From the NCBI GenBank assembly GCA_964498115.1, contig CAZCGF010000003.1:1-42351 (forward strand): a DNA stretch of 42,351 nt. Direction: 5' to 3'. This document shows positions 8,162-17,153 of this stretch, one piece after another. Each line of letters begins with the position of its first letter. Position 1 is the first letter of the stretch. This DNA is from an uncultured Planctomycetaceae bacterium (GTDB lineage Bacteria; Planctomycetota; Phycisphaerae; UBA1845; UTPLA1). The notes under the pieces are model-generated. The model was not told the DNA's origin, searched no databases, and saw only the letters and a list, made by a program, of their open reading frames with translations. The translations under genes and the position numbers were made by a program.

Positions 8162-8911
8162 TCAGTTACCGGCGAGCTTCTGGTCAATCACGGCGCTCAA
8201 CTGGGCAGCGGTCTGGAAGCCTGACAAGCGCTGGCCGTTGACGAAAAAGGTCGGCGTTCCAGTGATAGCCAGGGCGGTGCCGCTGTTGACGTCCTGCTGG
8301 ACGCGGGCGGCCTTTGAATCGCCGGGCGGGAAGCAGGCGTTGAAGGTGGTCGTGTTCAGGCCGAGGGTCGCGGCGTGGGCTTGAAGCTGGTTGTCGGTCA
8401 GGATGGGACCGTTGGCGTCGGTGGTGTTGAAAATGAGATCGTGGAACTCAAAGAACTTGCCCTGATCGTTGGCGCACTCCGAAGATCGTGCGGCGGCCTC
8501 GGCGCGATTGTGGATGTTACGGAGCGGGAAATGGCGGAAGACAAAGCGAATCTTCCCGGTGTCAATGTAGTTTTGCTTGATGGTGGCGTATTCCTGCCGG
8601 GCAAACCTGCCGCAGAAGGGACACTGAAAATCTGAGTATTCGACGACGACCACGGTCGCGTTCGGGTCGCCCAGGATGTGGTCGCTGGCGAGGAGATTGA
8701 TCGTGTTCGTCGTTCCGCCGCCACCACCTCCACCGCCGCCACCGCCGCCACCGCCACCACCGCCACCGCCGGTGTTGGTGCCGCAAAGGCCGCCGGACTG
8801 GCCCATCCCGATGAGCAGGAAGAGACCGGCCGTGATGCGCATCGGGCGCTTCGACCAGAGGCGACCTGCCCACGTGGATGAGAAACTATTCGGTGAATTG
8901 GATGGCTTCAT
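8162..8911 (-). CDS. DsbA-family thiol:disulfide oxidoreductase with signal/anchor and poly-Gly linker
   Basis: Thioredoxin-fold active site VVVEYSDFQCPFCGRF, plus the C-terminal GTPTFFVNGQRL typical of the DsbA/BdbD family. The N-terminal hydrophobic segment (ITAGLFLLIGMGQSGGLC) is followed by 19 consecutive Gly. An alternative ATG exists at 8842. Confidence 0.85.
   Translation of the reverse strand: MKPSNSPNSFSSTWAGRLWSKRPMRITAGLFLLIGMGQSGGLCGTNTGGGGGGGGGGGGGGGGGGGTTNTINLLASDHILGDPNATVVVVEYSDFQCPFCGRFARQEYATIKQNYIDTGKIRFVFRHFPLRNIHNRAEAAARSSECANDQGKFFEFHDLIFNTTDANGPILTDNQLQAHAATLGLNTTTFNACFPPGDSKAARVQQDVNSGTALAITGTPTFFVNGQRLSGFQTAAQLSAVIDQKLAGN
8714..8770 (-). repeat. 19 consecutive glycine codons (mixed GGC/GGT/GGA) inside the DsbA-like CDS
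   Basis: Counted codon by codon on the plus strand: tcc gcc gcc acc acc tcc acc gcc gcc acc gcc gcc acc gcc acc acc gcc acc gcc. Confidence 0.95.
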
Positions 8912-9250
8912 TTCTTTCCTACCTTAGCTTCGCGCTTTCGACGAGGCATCCGGAACTCATGGACTGGTCTGAATATAGCGCGAGGAACGAGCATCTATTG
9001 CGAGGCCTGGCTCAGGTCGGCTGATGACGCATGATTCTAAGAAGCAACCGAGGTCGCGTCAAGAAATGAGGCGGGGCGAAAAGAAGTGAGATCGCCGAAA
9101 ACCCCTGTTTTTACGGACCATTCCGATATCTCAGCTTCGGCGGAGGGATTGCCGCCGGGATCTGGCAAGCTCGCCGGGCCACGTCCTTATTTTTTCCTCC
9201 AGTAGGAGGCCCAACGGACGGAAAACTATACGTGGTGCGCCGCCGCCGAA

Positions 9251-9280
9251 TTGACATTTGAGGGTGACAAGGCCAAGAAT
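9251..9280 (+). promoter_or_regulatory. candidate sigma70-type promoter for the 9388 gene
   Basis: TTGACA (9251-9256), an 18-nt spacer, then AAGAAT (9275-9280), about 108 nt upstream of ATG 9388. Sequence match only. Confidence 0.3.
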
Positions 9281-9387
9281 CATGTTGTGGGCATGCTCTT
9301 TGTTCGGGTGGGACAAGACACCTCGCCACACCTCCTCGCCGCAAGCCCTCCGCCATACCCATTGGGAGAGGGGAACGGGACATCGCT

Positions 9388-10260
9388 ATGAACACTGAGA
9401 CACGGCCTGCCCGAAATCGACTCTTCTGCGAGCAGCTTTTCTGCCTGGCGCTGACGTTTGTTGCCGGTTGCACGGGAGAGATGCTGCTGTTCGGGATCGT
9501 TCCGCCGCCCAAGCCGTCGGTCAATTCGCCGACGTCCACGACGCTGGCGATCTCAATTGTCATTCCGGCCGTTCCCACGACGGCTGCGCCGGGCGCGGCG
9601 GCGATCGTTCAATGGGCAGACATCGCCACGGTCGCGGGTACTTCGGTCCGCATCATCGCCCAACGAGAGAACAGCCTCGGCGAGAGCACCAGCGATGAGA
9701 TTCACCTCGTCGGTGACGGTTCGGTCGGCTCCGGCAGGGACGCGCTGGCCGATGGCGACGGGGACATGGTCGAGTGGGACATCACCGGCGTTCGCGTCGG
9801 AGACTATGTGATCACCGCGATTATCGAATCACCCGACGGCGAGACGGCCACGGTTCTCTCGCGTGATACCGATCGGGGCACGACGGGCGTCCTGACCGTG
9901 ACGACGTCGCTGCCGGTTCCCACGTTCACATTCACCGCGCCCGGCGCCACCGACGTCACCGTGACGACGGGCAACACCTTCAACATCACCTGGACCGACA
10001 ACGGCAACAACAACGCCGACGCCCGGCTGACGCTCGGGCTCGACCTCGATGACGATCACGACAACGGAAACGAAGTGATCCTGCTGAGCAATGACCCGTT
10101 GTCGAATAACGGCAACACGGGCACCTTCACGTTCAGCTTCCTGGATCAGGACGGCAACACGGTGCCCGACGGAAGCTATAACGTCTTCGCCGTGGTAGAC
10201 GACAATGCGAACGATCCTGTCGAGCGAACGGCTACCGGACAACTCCTGCTGAATCCTTAA
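9388..10260 (+). CDS. hypothetical lipoprotein with two related beta-rich modules and an Asp/Asn-rich segment
   Basis: The signal has a lipobox-like LTFVAGC. Two internally similar modules each end in a (V/D)GDY.I.A / DGSYNVFAVV type strand. An acidic run reads LDLDDDHDNGNEV. No enzyme motif. Confidence 0.65.
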   Translation: MNTETRPARNRLFCEQLFCLALTFVAGCTGEMLLFGIVPPPKPSVNSPTSTTLAISIVIPAVPTTAAPGAAAIVQWADIATVAGTSVRIIAQRENSLGESTSDEIHLVGDGSVGSGRDALADGDGDMVEWDITGVRVGDYVITAIIESPDGETATVLSRDTDRGTTGVLTVTTSLPVPTFTFTAPGATDVTVTTGNTFNITWTDNGNNNADARLTLGLDLDDDHDNGNEVILLSNDPLSNNGNTGTFTFSFLDQDGNTVPDGSYNVFAVVDDNANDPVERTATGQLLLNP

Positions 10261-10694
10261 TCATCCCGGCCGTAGTCGCGGCCGCGCGCCTGCTTGCGCT
10301 GAGCCTGCCTGCGTTTTGCGTCGAGACGCCTTTGCCTCGAGGCCGCCGTGGGCTTGCTCTTGATCCGCTTCTTGCGTATGCGGAGGGCGTTTGAGAGCAG
10401 CCTGGCAAACAGCAGGACGGCCGCCTCCTTGTTGGCCAGTTGGCTCCGTTCGGAGCTCGACGAGATGCGAAGACATCCGGTCTTATCGATGCGGGTCGCC
10501 AATCTTTCATGAATCAGTGCTTTTTGATGTTCGCTCAGGCTGGGGCTGGACGCGACGTCGAACTTTAGCGAGACCTTGGTCGAGACCTTGTTGACGTTCT
10601 GGCCGCCGGGCCCGGCGCTGCGGCTGAATGAGAACGCCAGCTCGGCAAGCGGGATTTCCAGGTGCTGATTGATCTCTACCGTGCGAGCGCTCAT
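10257..10694 (-). CDS. arfB: alternative ribosome-rescue factor ArfB (peptidyl-tRNA hydrolase, GGQ motif)
   Basis: The core SRSAGPGGQNVNKVSTKVSLKFDV contains the GGQ motif, and the basic C-terminal tail is KKRIKSKPTAASRQRRLDAKRRQAQRKQ. At about 145 aa the size fits ArfB/YaeJ. ATG 10694 has GGGAG 9 nt upstream. The track's longer start (10751) would overlap the manA promoter region. Confidence 0.9.
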   Translation of the reverse strand: MSARTVEINQHLEIPLAELAFSFSRSAGPGGQNVNKVSTKVSLKFDVASSPSLSEHQKALIHERLATRIDKTGCLRISSSSERSQLANKEAAVLLFARLLSNALRIRKKRIKSKPTAASRQRRLDAKRRQAQRKQARGRDYGRDD

Positions 10695-10786
10695 GCGCTT
10701 TACTCCCGAAATTGTCCGGCCGGATCGATCGGGCAGAACCGGCGTGTGCATGTTGCCTCGTGTACGATCCAGCTACAATCCCCGGA

Positions 10787-11893
10787 ATGCAAGTCTGTCC
10801 ACTGATCTTCGAGCCGATCTTCAAACCCAAGGTGTGGGGCGGGCGGAATCTGGAACGGCTGCTCGGCAAGCAGCTTCCGCCGGACATCGCGATTGGGGAA
10901 TCGTGGGAATGCGCCGGGCTCGCGGCGGGCCAGTCGATCGTTTCCCGGGGGCCGGCGAAGGGCCGCTCGCTGGGCGACCTTGTCGGCGAGTGGAAGGCTG
11001 AACTCCTCGGCAGCGTGCGTGCGCCGGGCGGCTGTTTTCCGCTGCTCATCAAATTTCTCGATGCCGAGGCGCCGCTGAGCATTCAGGTACATCCCGACTC
11101 CGAGGCGGCGAAGGCACTCGGGATTGACGTGACCGCCAAGGATGAGGCCTGGCACGTCCTTGAGGCGCGAGATTCGGGCGTCATCTATCGGGGGCTCAAG
11201 AGCGACGTCCATCTCGACGACGTGGCCGCCGCCGTCCACAACGACCCCGCGAGCGTTGTTGATCTGCTTCATCGCATCCACGTGAAAGCCGGCGAGACAT
11301 ATTACATTCCCAGTGGGACGGTCCACGCCCTGGGGCCCGGAGTGGTGGTCGCCGAGATTCAGACTCCTTCGGATACGACATTTCGGCTCTACGACTGGCA
11401 GCGCGAGCGGCCGACAGGCGACGCGGGGCTTCACGTCTCCGAGGGATTGCAGTGCATTCGCGGCCTAAAGGACTTCAGGGCGTTTGAAAAACGCTCACAT
11501 GTGACAAGCGTGTTCACGACGGTGACGCGGCTGGTCACGTGTCCTTCGTTCACGATCGAGCGCGTCCGATTCGCGGGAGGCGTTGAGCAACCGATTCCAT
11601 ACGCCGAATTGGTGGTCTGGATCATTCTTGAGGGTGACGGGGAGATTCTCTACGGACGCGACGGACGCGAGACATTTCGACGCGGAGAGGTCGTGCTTCT
11701 TCCAGCCAGGTTGGATACTCCGCGATTGAAGACAAACGCGGATTGCGTGTGGCTTGAGGTGACCGTTCCCGTCGAATCGGACCTTGCCGCCTATGGGAGG
11801 CCGGACCAGGCGACACTGCGATCTCCTGACGGCACGCCGAATTCGCCGATCCCGCTGAGCATCTCGGCCCGGCGCGGAACTTCCAAGCCTTAG
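10787..11893 (+). CDS. manA: mannose-6-phosphate isomerase, class I (cupin type)
   Basis: PIFKPKVWGGRNL, GESWE, FPLLIKFLDAEAPLSIQVHPD, EAWHVLEA, and YYIPSGTVHALGPGVVVAEIQTPSDTTFRLYDW. The start is taken at ATG 10787. The track's start at 10712 is a TTG. Confidence 0.85.
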   Translation: MQVCPLIFEPIFKPKVWGGRNLERLLGKQLPPDIAIGESWECAGLAAGQSIVSRGPAKGRSLGDLVGEWKAELLGSVRAPGGCFPLLIKFLDAEAPLSIQVHPDSEAAKALGIDVTAKDEAWHVLEARDSGVIYRGLKSDVHLDDVAAAVHNDPASVVDLLHRIHVKAGETYYIPSGTVHALGPGVVVAEIQTPSDTTFRLYDWQRERPTGDAGLHVSEGLQCIRGLKDFRAFEKRSHVTSVFTTVTRLVTCPSFTIERVRFAGGVEQPIPYAELVVWIILEGDGEILYGRDGRETFRRGEVVLLPARLDTPRLKTNADCVWLEVTVPVESDLAAYGRPDQATLRSPDGTPNSPIPLSISARRGTSKP

Positions 11894-12174
11894 ACCGTCG
11901 TCCGATATAACGAATCGGCAAGGTTGGGATCATCGATCACCGGGGAATCGGTCTTTCGCACTTCAGCGCGCAATCAAGGCCACATTCAAAACGTCATTAT
12001 TCTCGGAATCCGGCGCGACTTCCAAAGCAGGAGGATCATTAAGTGTGACGCCGGGGCACTCGATAAAACACATCGGGATATTGGGCATGTTTGCGCGCCG
12101 GGCCAAGGGCGCGGATGGACAGGCCCTGTCTCAATCGCCTCCGCACGCCCGGCGCAATACGGCTGACGGATGCG

Positions 12175-13590
12175 ATGGGAGTTCAGATACGGATGAAGCT
12201 ACGAGCTCTTAAAGGGCAGCCAATCCAAGCGAACTTCTTCGGACTTCAGGTTCGAACGACCGTCCTGCTGGCGGGCGTGGTGCTCGTGGCGACGGCGCTG
12301 ACGGGCGAGACCTCGCTTCGACTCTCGGAAGAGATCGTCCAGGACCAGACGACCCGACAGGCGTCCGACCTTGCGCGGGCACTGGCCACGGCCGGCTCGC
12401 GCGCCGTGCAGCGCGATGATCGGGCGCGGCTGCTCGGCATCGCGCAAGACGTCATTTCGAATGACGACGTGGCGTATATCATCTTCACCGATTTGTCCGG
12501 ACGCTGGCTGGCATGCAACCAGCGCGGCGCCGGCGCGATCGATCCATCACTCTTCAGGGACGAGGAGCATTTCTCGGTGGAGCCGATCAATTGTCCCCGG
12601 CTGATTGAGAATGAGAATTCCGGCCCGTGTATTGACGTGGTGTATCCCGTCGTTGCCGCTGACGAAATCGTGGGAGCGCCCGGACTTCGACCGACCGTCG
12701 GCTTCGTGAGAATCGGTCTGACCTTAAAGGCCGCGCAGCGAGCGGTGTCGAGCATGAAGCGCAATATCATCGGGTTGTCGATGGGAATCGCTCTGCTGAT
12801 GGTCCCGCTCAGTTATCAAATCGTGCGCCGGCTCGTAATGCCCCTGAACAAGATGGCGCGCGCCGCCGCGGCTCTGGCCTCCGGCGAATTGACCGTGCAG
12901 GTTCCGGACGACCGGGCGGACGAGATCGGCGATCTCGCGCGGGCCTTCAACAAGATGGCCGATCAGCTCATTATCTCGCATCACCAGCTCACCGAGCAAA
13001 GCCGCGAACTCGAGCGGCGCGTCACCGACCGAACCCGAAAGCTCCAGGAGGCCAATCAACTGCTGAGTGAGCTTGCATCGCGAGACTCTCTCACGGGTCT
13101 GTACAACCGCCGCCACTTCAATGAAGTGCTCGGGCAGCTCTTTGCGGAATCAGCGCGATACCAGTCCGATCTCACGTGCATGATGATCGACCTGGACAAC
13201 CTCAAGTGCGTCAACGACACGCTTGGACACCAGACGGGCGATCGCCTGATCTCTTTGACGGCCAAGGCCATCGCCGGCTCGGTGCGCGAGTCTGACGTTG
13301 CGGTTCGATATGGCGGTGACGAGTTTGCGGTCTTGCTGCCGCGAACGATGCCCGACGATGCTCGACGATCGGCGGAGCGGCTGCTCAGTCGCTTCCGTGA
13401 AGACGTCGCCCGGGATATGCCGGAGGCGAGCGTTGCCTCGCTCAGCATTGGTCTGGCGAGTCGCGAGAAGGATCAACCTGCGACGGCGCAGTCGCTCCTT
13501 CATCTCGCCGATGAGGCGCTTTACCTCGCCAAGGCCGGCGGCAAGGATCGAATCACCGTCGTGAGGCCCGCTGAAGGATTGTGCGCTTAA
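12175..13590 (+). CDS. membrane sensor diguanylate cyclase (periplasmic-type sensor, HAMP, GGDEF)
   Basis: Two TM segments flank a sensor region of about 180 aa. The HAMP-like segment reads PLNKMARAAAALASGELTVQVPDDRADEIGDLARAFNKMADQL. The GGDEF domain shows LTGLYNRRHF, DLDNLKCVNDTLGHQTGD and RYGGDEFAVLLP, with an RxxD I-site (RESD) 5 residues upstream. The track start at 12091 is a TTG, so I prefer ATG 12175. Confidence 0.9.
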   Translation: MGVQIRMKLRALKGQPIQANFFGLQVRTTVLLAGVVLVATALTGETSLRLSEEIVQDQTTRQASDLARALATAGSRAVQRDDRARLLGIAQDVISNDDVAYIIFTDLSGRWLACNQRGAGAIDPSLFRDEEHFSVEPINCPRLIENENSGPCIDVVYPVVAADEIVGAPGLRPTVGFVRIGLTLKAAQRAVSSMKRNIIGLSMGIALLMVPLSYQIVRRLVMPLNKMARAAAALASGELTVQVPDDRADEIGDLARAFNKMADQLIISHHQLTEQSRELERRVTDRTRKLQEANQLLSELASRDSLTGLYNRRHFNEVLGQLFAESARYQSDLTCMMIDLDNLKCVNDTLGHQTGDRLISLTAKAIAGSVRESDVAVRYGGDEFAVLLPRTMPDDARRSAERLLSRFREDVARDMPEASVASLSIGLASREKDQPATAQSLLHLADEALYLAKAGGKDRITVVRPAEGLCA

Positions 13591-13676
13591 CGTGCACTGG
13601 AAAGCGACAGAGCTCCGCCCTCTCGACGACCGCATGTTTTGACCTTTGCCCGCTGACGTTTAAGAATGCGGCGATC

Positions 13677-14546
13677 ATGTCCGAGGCCCTGCATCCTGAC
13701 GAACTGCGACTCTTTGCCGTTGAGCTGGCTCATCGGGGCGGCCGCGCCGCCGATCGGCTATTCGGCAAGGTCAGCGTCCAGCGCAAGGAAGACAAGAGCC
13801 CGGTGACCGAGGCCGACCACATCGCCCAGGACGCGATTCTGAGAGCACTTGGGGAGCGATTTCCGGATCATGCCGTCCTCGTCGAAGAGACGCTTGCCGA
13901 TCCCAGCCGCCACGGCCGCATCAAGTCGAGTCCCTATTGCTGGGTCGTCGATCCGATCGACGGGACGCGGAACTTCGCCCGGGGCATCCGCATTTACGCG
14001 TGCTCGGTCGCCGTGCTTTACAACGGCCGCCCGATCGCCGGTGCGATTTATGACGCCAGCAGCGGCGTCATGTATTCAGCGGCCTCCGGCGGCGGCGCGC
14101 TGCGAAACGAGGAGCGACTGTCCCTGGATGAGTCAGCGGCGGCGAATTCGACGCACGACGCCGCGGATGGCGCTTCCACTAACGGATCTGACCGTGAGAC
14201 GACGATCGCCGTCGGATCGTTTCGGCGCAAGCCCATGCCGCCGTTTGTGCGGGATTGGATCGGCCGGTATCTGATTCGCAACATGGGATCGACGAGCCTT
14301 CACTTCGCGTGGATCGCTGCCGGACTGGTGGACGCCGCATACACCAACGAGTGCAAATTGTGGGACATCGCCGCGGCGGCACTTCTGATCGAAGAATCGG
14401 GCGGGTTGATGACCACGGCTTCGGGGGCATCGTTCTGGCCCATCCAACTCGATGCGTATGGAGGCGAGGATTTTCATGTCCTCGGAGGGGTTCGGGCGAT
14501 ACATCGCCACCTGCTGACGGACACGAGGGGTCATGATCCATCCTGA
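13677..14546 (+). CDS. inositol monophosphatase family protein (SuhB/CysQ-like)
   Basis: KSPVTEADHIAQDAI, WVVDPIDGTRNFARG and WDIAAAALLIEESGG are the metal-binding and signature blocks of the IMPase family. Start at ATG 13677; the track GTG at 13581 overlaps the preceding gene. Confidence 0.88.
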   Translation: MSEALHPDELRLFAVELAHRGGRAADRLFGKVSVQRKEDKSPVTEADHIAQDAILRALGERFPDHAVLVEETLADPSRHGRIKSSPYCWVVDPIDGTRNFARGIRIYACSVAVLYNGRPIAGAIYDASSGVMYSAASGGGALRNEERLSLDESAAANSTHDAADGASTNGSDRETTIAVGSFRRKPMPPFVRDWIGRYLIRNMGSTSLHFAWIAAGLVDAAYTNECKLWDIAAAALLIEESGGLMTTASGASFWPIQLDAYGGEDFHVLGGVRAIHRHLLTDTRGHDPS

Positions 14547-14668
14547 GGGCCGTCCGTCGCGTTGAAGCGATCCAAGCCGTCAGGAAATCGGTCACATCGG
14601 TAAACACCCCAGCGCTGCGCCTTTTCGCACAACTTAAGAGATTGACGGATATTATGGGAGCTGTCAGC

Positions 14669-14697
14669 TTGACCCGACTGCAAAATCCAGCGATAAT
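14669..14697 (+). promoter_or_regulatory. near-consensus sigma70-type promoter in the 530-nt gap before the protease genes
   Basis: TTGACC (14669-14674), an exact 17-nt spacer, then GATAAT (14692-14697). The next plausible start codon on this strand is ATG 15077. Confidence 0.45.
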
Positions 14698-15076
14698 GAG
14701 GGTGTGGGTAGCGCCGCGTTTGCGGGAGTGGGTGAGTAGTCTCGTGGTCTCTGGCCGGGAGGGGTTCCCATTGGTTCGAACTCGCCTGCGGAGGCATTTC
14801 GAGCGTCAATTGTCTTTCCTCGCAAACAATAAATAGTTCAGAAGTATTCTGCCCGGCATGGCTTGTTGTCCTTGTGGGCATTACTGATTGTCGAAGGTCC
14901 GTGGGACGTTCGCCTCTTGAGAATCCGCAGGATTCAGGCGCTGATACGTATAGAACCCCCAAACCCATCGCCGACCCGATGGACTGGAAAGTTTGTCAGA
15001 CCGTGCCCGCCGCTCGTGTAATCGGAGCAGGCGGTTTGACGGTCCGGAGAGCCTCGCTCATCGGAGAAGGGTCGCG

Positions 15077-17041
15077 ATGTCGAATCGAGTGATTACCCCA
15101 ACAGTTATTGCATTCCTGACGGCGCTCATCACGGCGCCTGCTCAGGCTCATGACGGCACATCGCCGGAGGCGGCGACGCCTCAACCTTCGGGCATACGCC
15201 AGGACGCACTGGTCTTCGTTCGCCCGCTTCCTCCGGCCGAGGCGACGGACCCTGTCACCGGGAACAAGTACTTGTTGCCTCGGCAATCGGTTTTGCGGCC
15301 GATGTGCGGCAGCGACGTCAGCCGAGTGAGTGTCGTTGACCTTGCCCGCTGGGATCGCGAAATCACGGCGGTGTTTGCCGCCAACGGACTTGCCGAACTG
15401 GCGGAACAGGACAGCGGGGCCAATCCTCGCGGGGCCGCCGTCGATGTCGTCTTCAACCTGGACGGCTCGGTTCCACCGGCGGCGGTTACGGCATTCGCGA
15501 CGGTAGAGGCCTACATCGAATCGATCTGGGGCGACCCCATCTCGTTTACCATCAACGTCAACTTCGCCGACCTGGGCAGCGGCGTCATCGGGGCGACAGG
15601 CAGTAATTATGTGCTGCATACCTACCCGAATGCCCGCGACGGCCTGATCAACGGCAAGGACCTCGACGACACGATTCAGGACTTCCTGCCGTCGGGGAGC
15701 ACGATTCCAGTCAAATACAATGCCGCCGGATCGGCAGTCAATGAGGACCGCGTCTTCGTCACCGTCGCGAACAACCGCGCCGCGATCGGTCCGGTCGGCG
15801 GCTCGGCGGCTTCGATGACGTTTAACAGCACCTTCAATTTCGACTTCGACCCGAGCAATGGCATTACCGGCGGAACGACAGACTTCCAATCCGTCGCGAT
15901 TCACGAAGTGGGCCATGCAATGGGCTTCACCTCCGGCGTCGATTTTCGAACCAATGACATCGAGCTGCTCGACTTTTATCGATTCAGACGAACGGCGGAA
16001 AACCCCGCCAACACGTCAGAGTTCCAGACGTTTCCCCGCCTGGCCCATTTCAACACGCCGGATGATGACCACAACTCCGACATCGTGGACGCGGAGTACC
16101 GCATGTCCGATGGCTCACCGCGGCAGGCCAGCCATTTCCGCGAAGGCGTCGATGCGATCATGGACCCGACGCTGGCCGCCGGTCAGACGTTCTATCCGAA
16201 TTTCTATCGCATCGCCGACCGCAACATGTTCGACGCGATCGGCTGGGACTTTCCCGCTTCGCCCGCCGATGTGGCGCCCCCGCAACCGGAGCCGATGACC
16301 TTTTCATCGAACCCGGCGGCGCTGAGTACCTCAAGCATCACCATGACCGCCACGATTGCGACCGACGCGACAAACCCGGTTCAATACTTTTTTGAAGAAA
16401 CGAGCGGCGGCCCCGGGGGGACGACGAGCGGCTGGCAAGCGCCCAACTCCTATGTGGACGCGGGGCTGAATGCGAACACACTCTATGCCTATCGGGTCAA
16501 GGCGCGCGACGCCGTCCTTCCGACGCCCAACGAGAACACCTTTTCCGAGATCGAGGACGCAGCGACCCTGATCCAGACGCCCGGCGGAATCGCCTTCTTC
16601 AATGTCACTAACGACTCCGCTCAGGTCACGGCGACCGGCACCTTCACCAATCTGAACATCGGAATGTCGGGCATTTACTTCGACGTGAGCCCGCCCGGGC
16701 CGTACGGCAATGCGTTCACATGGATTCAATCAAACACGGTGACGATCACCGGCCTGCTCGCGGGTCAGTCTTACATTGTGAAGGCGAAGGCGCGCAATCA
16801 GGACGGCATTGAGACCGCCTTTGGGTCGTCGTCGCAGATAGATACGATCCCATTCATCGGGGACTGCAATAATGACGGCCTTCTGAATGTGGAAGGCGAC
16901 ATCCCGTGCTTCGTGGATGCGCTGCTGGGCTTCGATATCCCGAAGGGCGCCATCATTCGAAGCGATTTGAACTTCGACGGATTCACCGACGGTCTGGATG
17001 TTCAGGAAATGGTCAACTGTTTTGTATTCGGATGCAATTAG
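15077..17041 (+). CDS. secreted zinc metalloprotease (HExxH) with two FN3-like modules and a dockerin-like C-terminus
   Basis: ATG 15077 has GGAGAAGG upstream. Signal peptide MSNRVITPTVIAFLTALITAPAQA. Zinc site AIHEVGHAMGF (15902-15916) and a downstream Met-turn-like AIMDP. Two Ig/FN3-like repeats (...LYAYRVKARD..., ...SYIVKAKARN...). The C-terminus is GDCNNDGLLNVEGDIPCFVDALLG...SDLNFDGFTDGLDVQEMVNCF. The track start at 14993 is a TTG. Confidence 0.8.
   Translation: MSNRVITPTVIAFLTALITAPAQAHDGTSPEAATPQPSGIRQDALVFVRPLPPAEATDPVTGNKYLLPRQSVLRPMCGSDVSRVSVVDLARWDREITAVFAANGLAELAEQDSGANPRGAAVDVVFNLDGSVPPAAVTAFATVEAYIESIWGDPISFTINVNFADLGSGVIGATGSNYVLHTYPNARDGLINGKDLDDTIQDFLPSGSTIPVKYNAAGSAVNEDRVFVTVANNRAAIGPVGGSAASMTFNSTFNFDFDPSNGITGGTTDFQSVAIHEVGHAMGFTSGVDFRTNDIELLDFYRFRRTAENPANTSEFQTFPRLAHFNTPDDDHNSDIVDAEYRMSDGSPRQASHFREGVDAIMDPTLAAGQTFYPNFYRIADRNMFDAIGWDFPASPADVAPPQPEPMTFSSNPAALSTSSITMTATIATDATNPVQYFFEETSGGPGGTTSGWQAPNSYVDAGLNANTLYAYRVKARDAVLPTPNENTFSEIEDAATLIQTPGGIAFFNVTNDSAQVTATGTFTNLNIGMSGIYFDVSPPGPYGNAFTWIQSNTVTITGLLAGQSYIVKAKARNQDGIETAFGSSSQIDTIPFIGDCNNDGLLNVEGDIPCFVDALLGFDIPKGAIIRSDLNFDGFTDGLDVQEMVNCFVFGCN
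16859..17038 (+). other. dockerin-like (paired EF-hand-like) C-terminal module of protease 1
   Basis: Two D-x-N-x-DG-type segments: GDCNNDGLLNVEGDIPCFVDALL and SDLNFDGFTDGLDVQEMVNCF. Confidence 0.6.
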
Positions 17042-17153
17042 CTTCCGAATCGATGTTTTGCTTTGTGTGGATTGGTCGCGACGCGTTCCGGAATCTCTGC
17101 GTGGACTCCGAGACCGCTGACGCAAGTACAACGTTGAGAAAGGGAATCGACTG

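Noticed and set aside
8676-8927. Poly-proline ORF (+)
   Set aside because: It is the reverse complement of the 19-Gly codon run in the DsbA-like gene and has no independent support.
14773-14783. T-loop-like GGTTCGAACTC suggesting a tRNA or tmRNA in the 14.6-15.0 kb gap
   Set aside because: The flanking bases do not form a T-stem, acceptor stem or anticodon arm.
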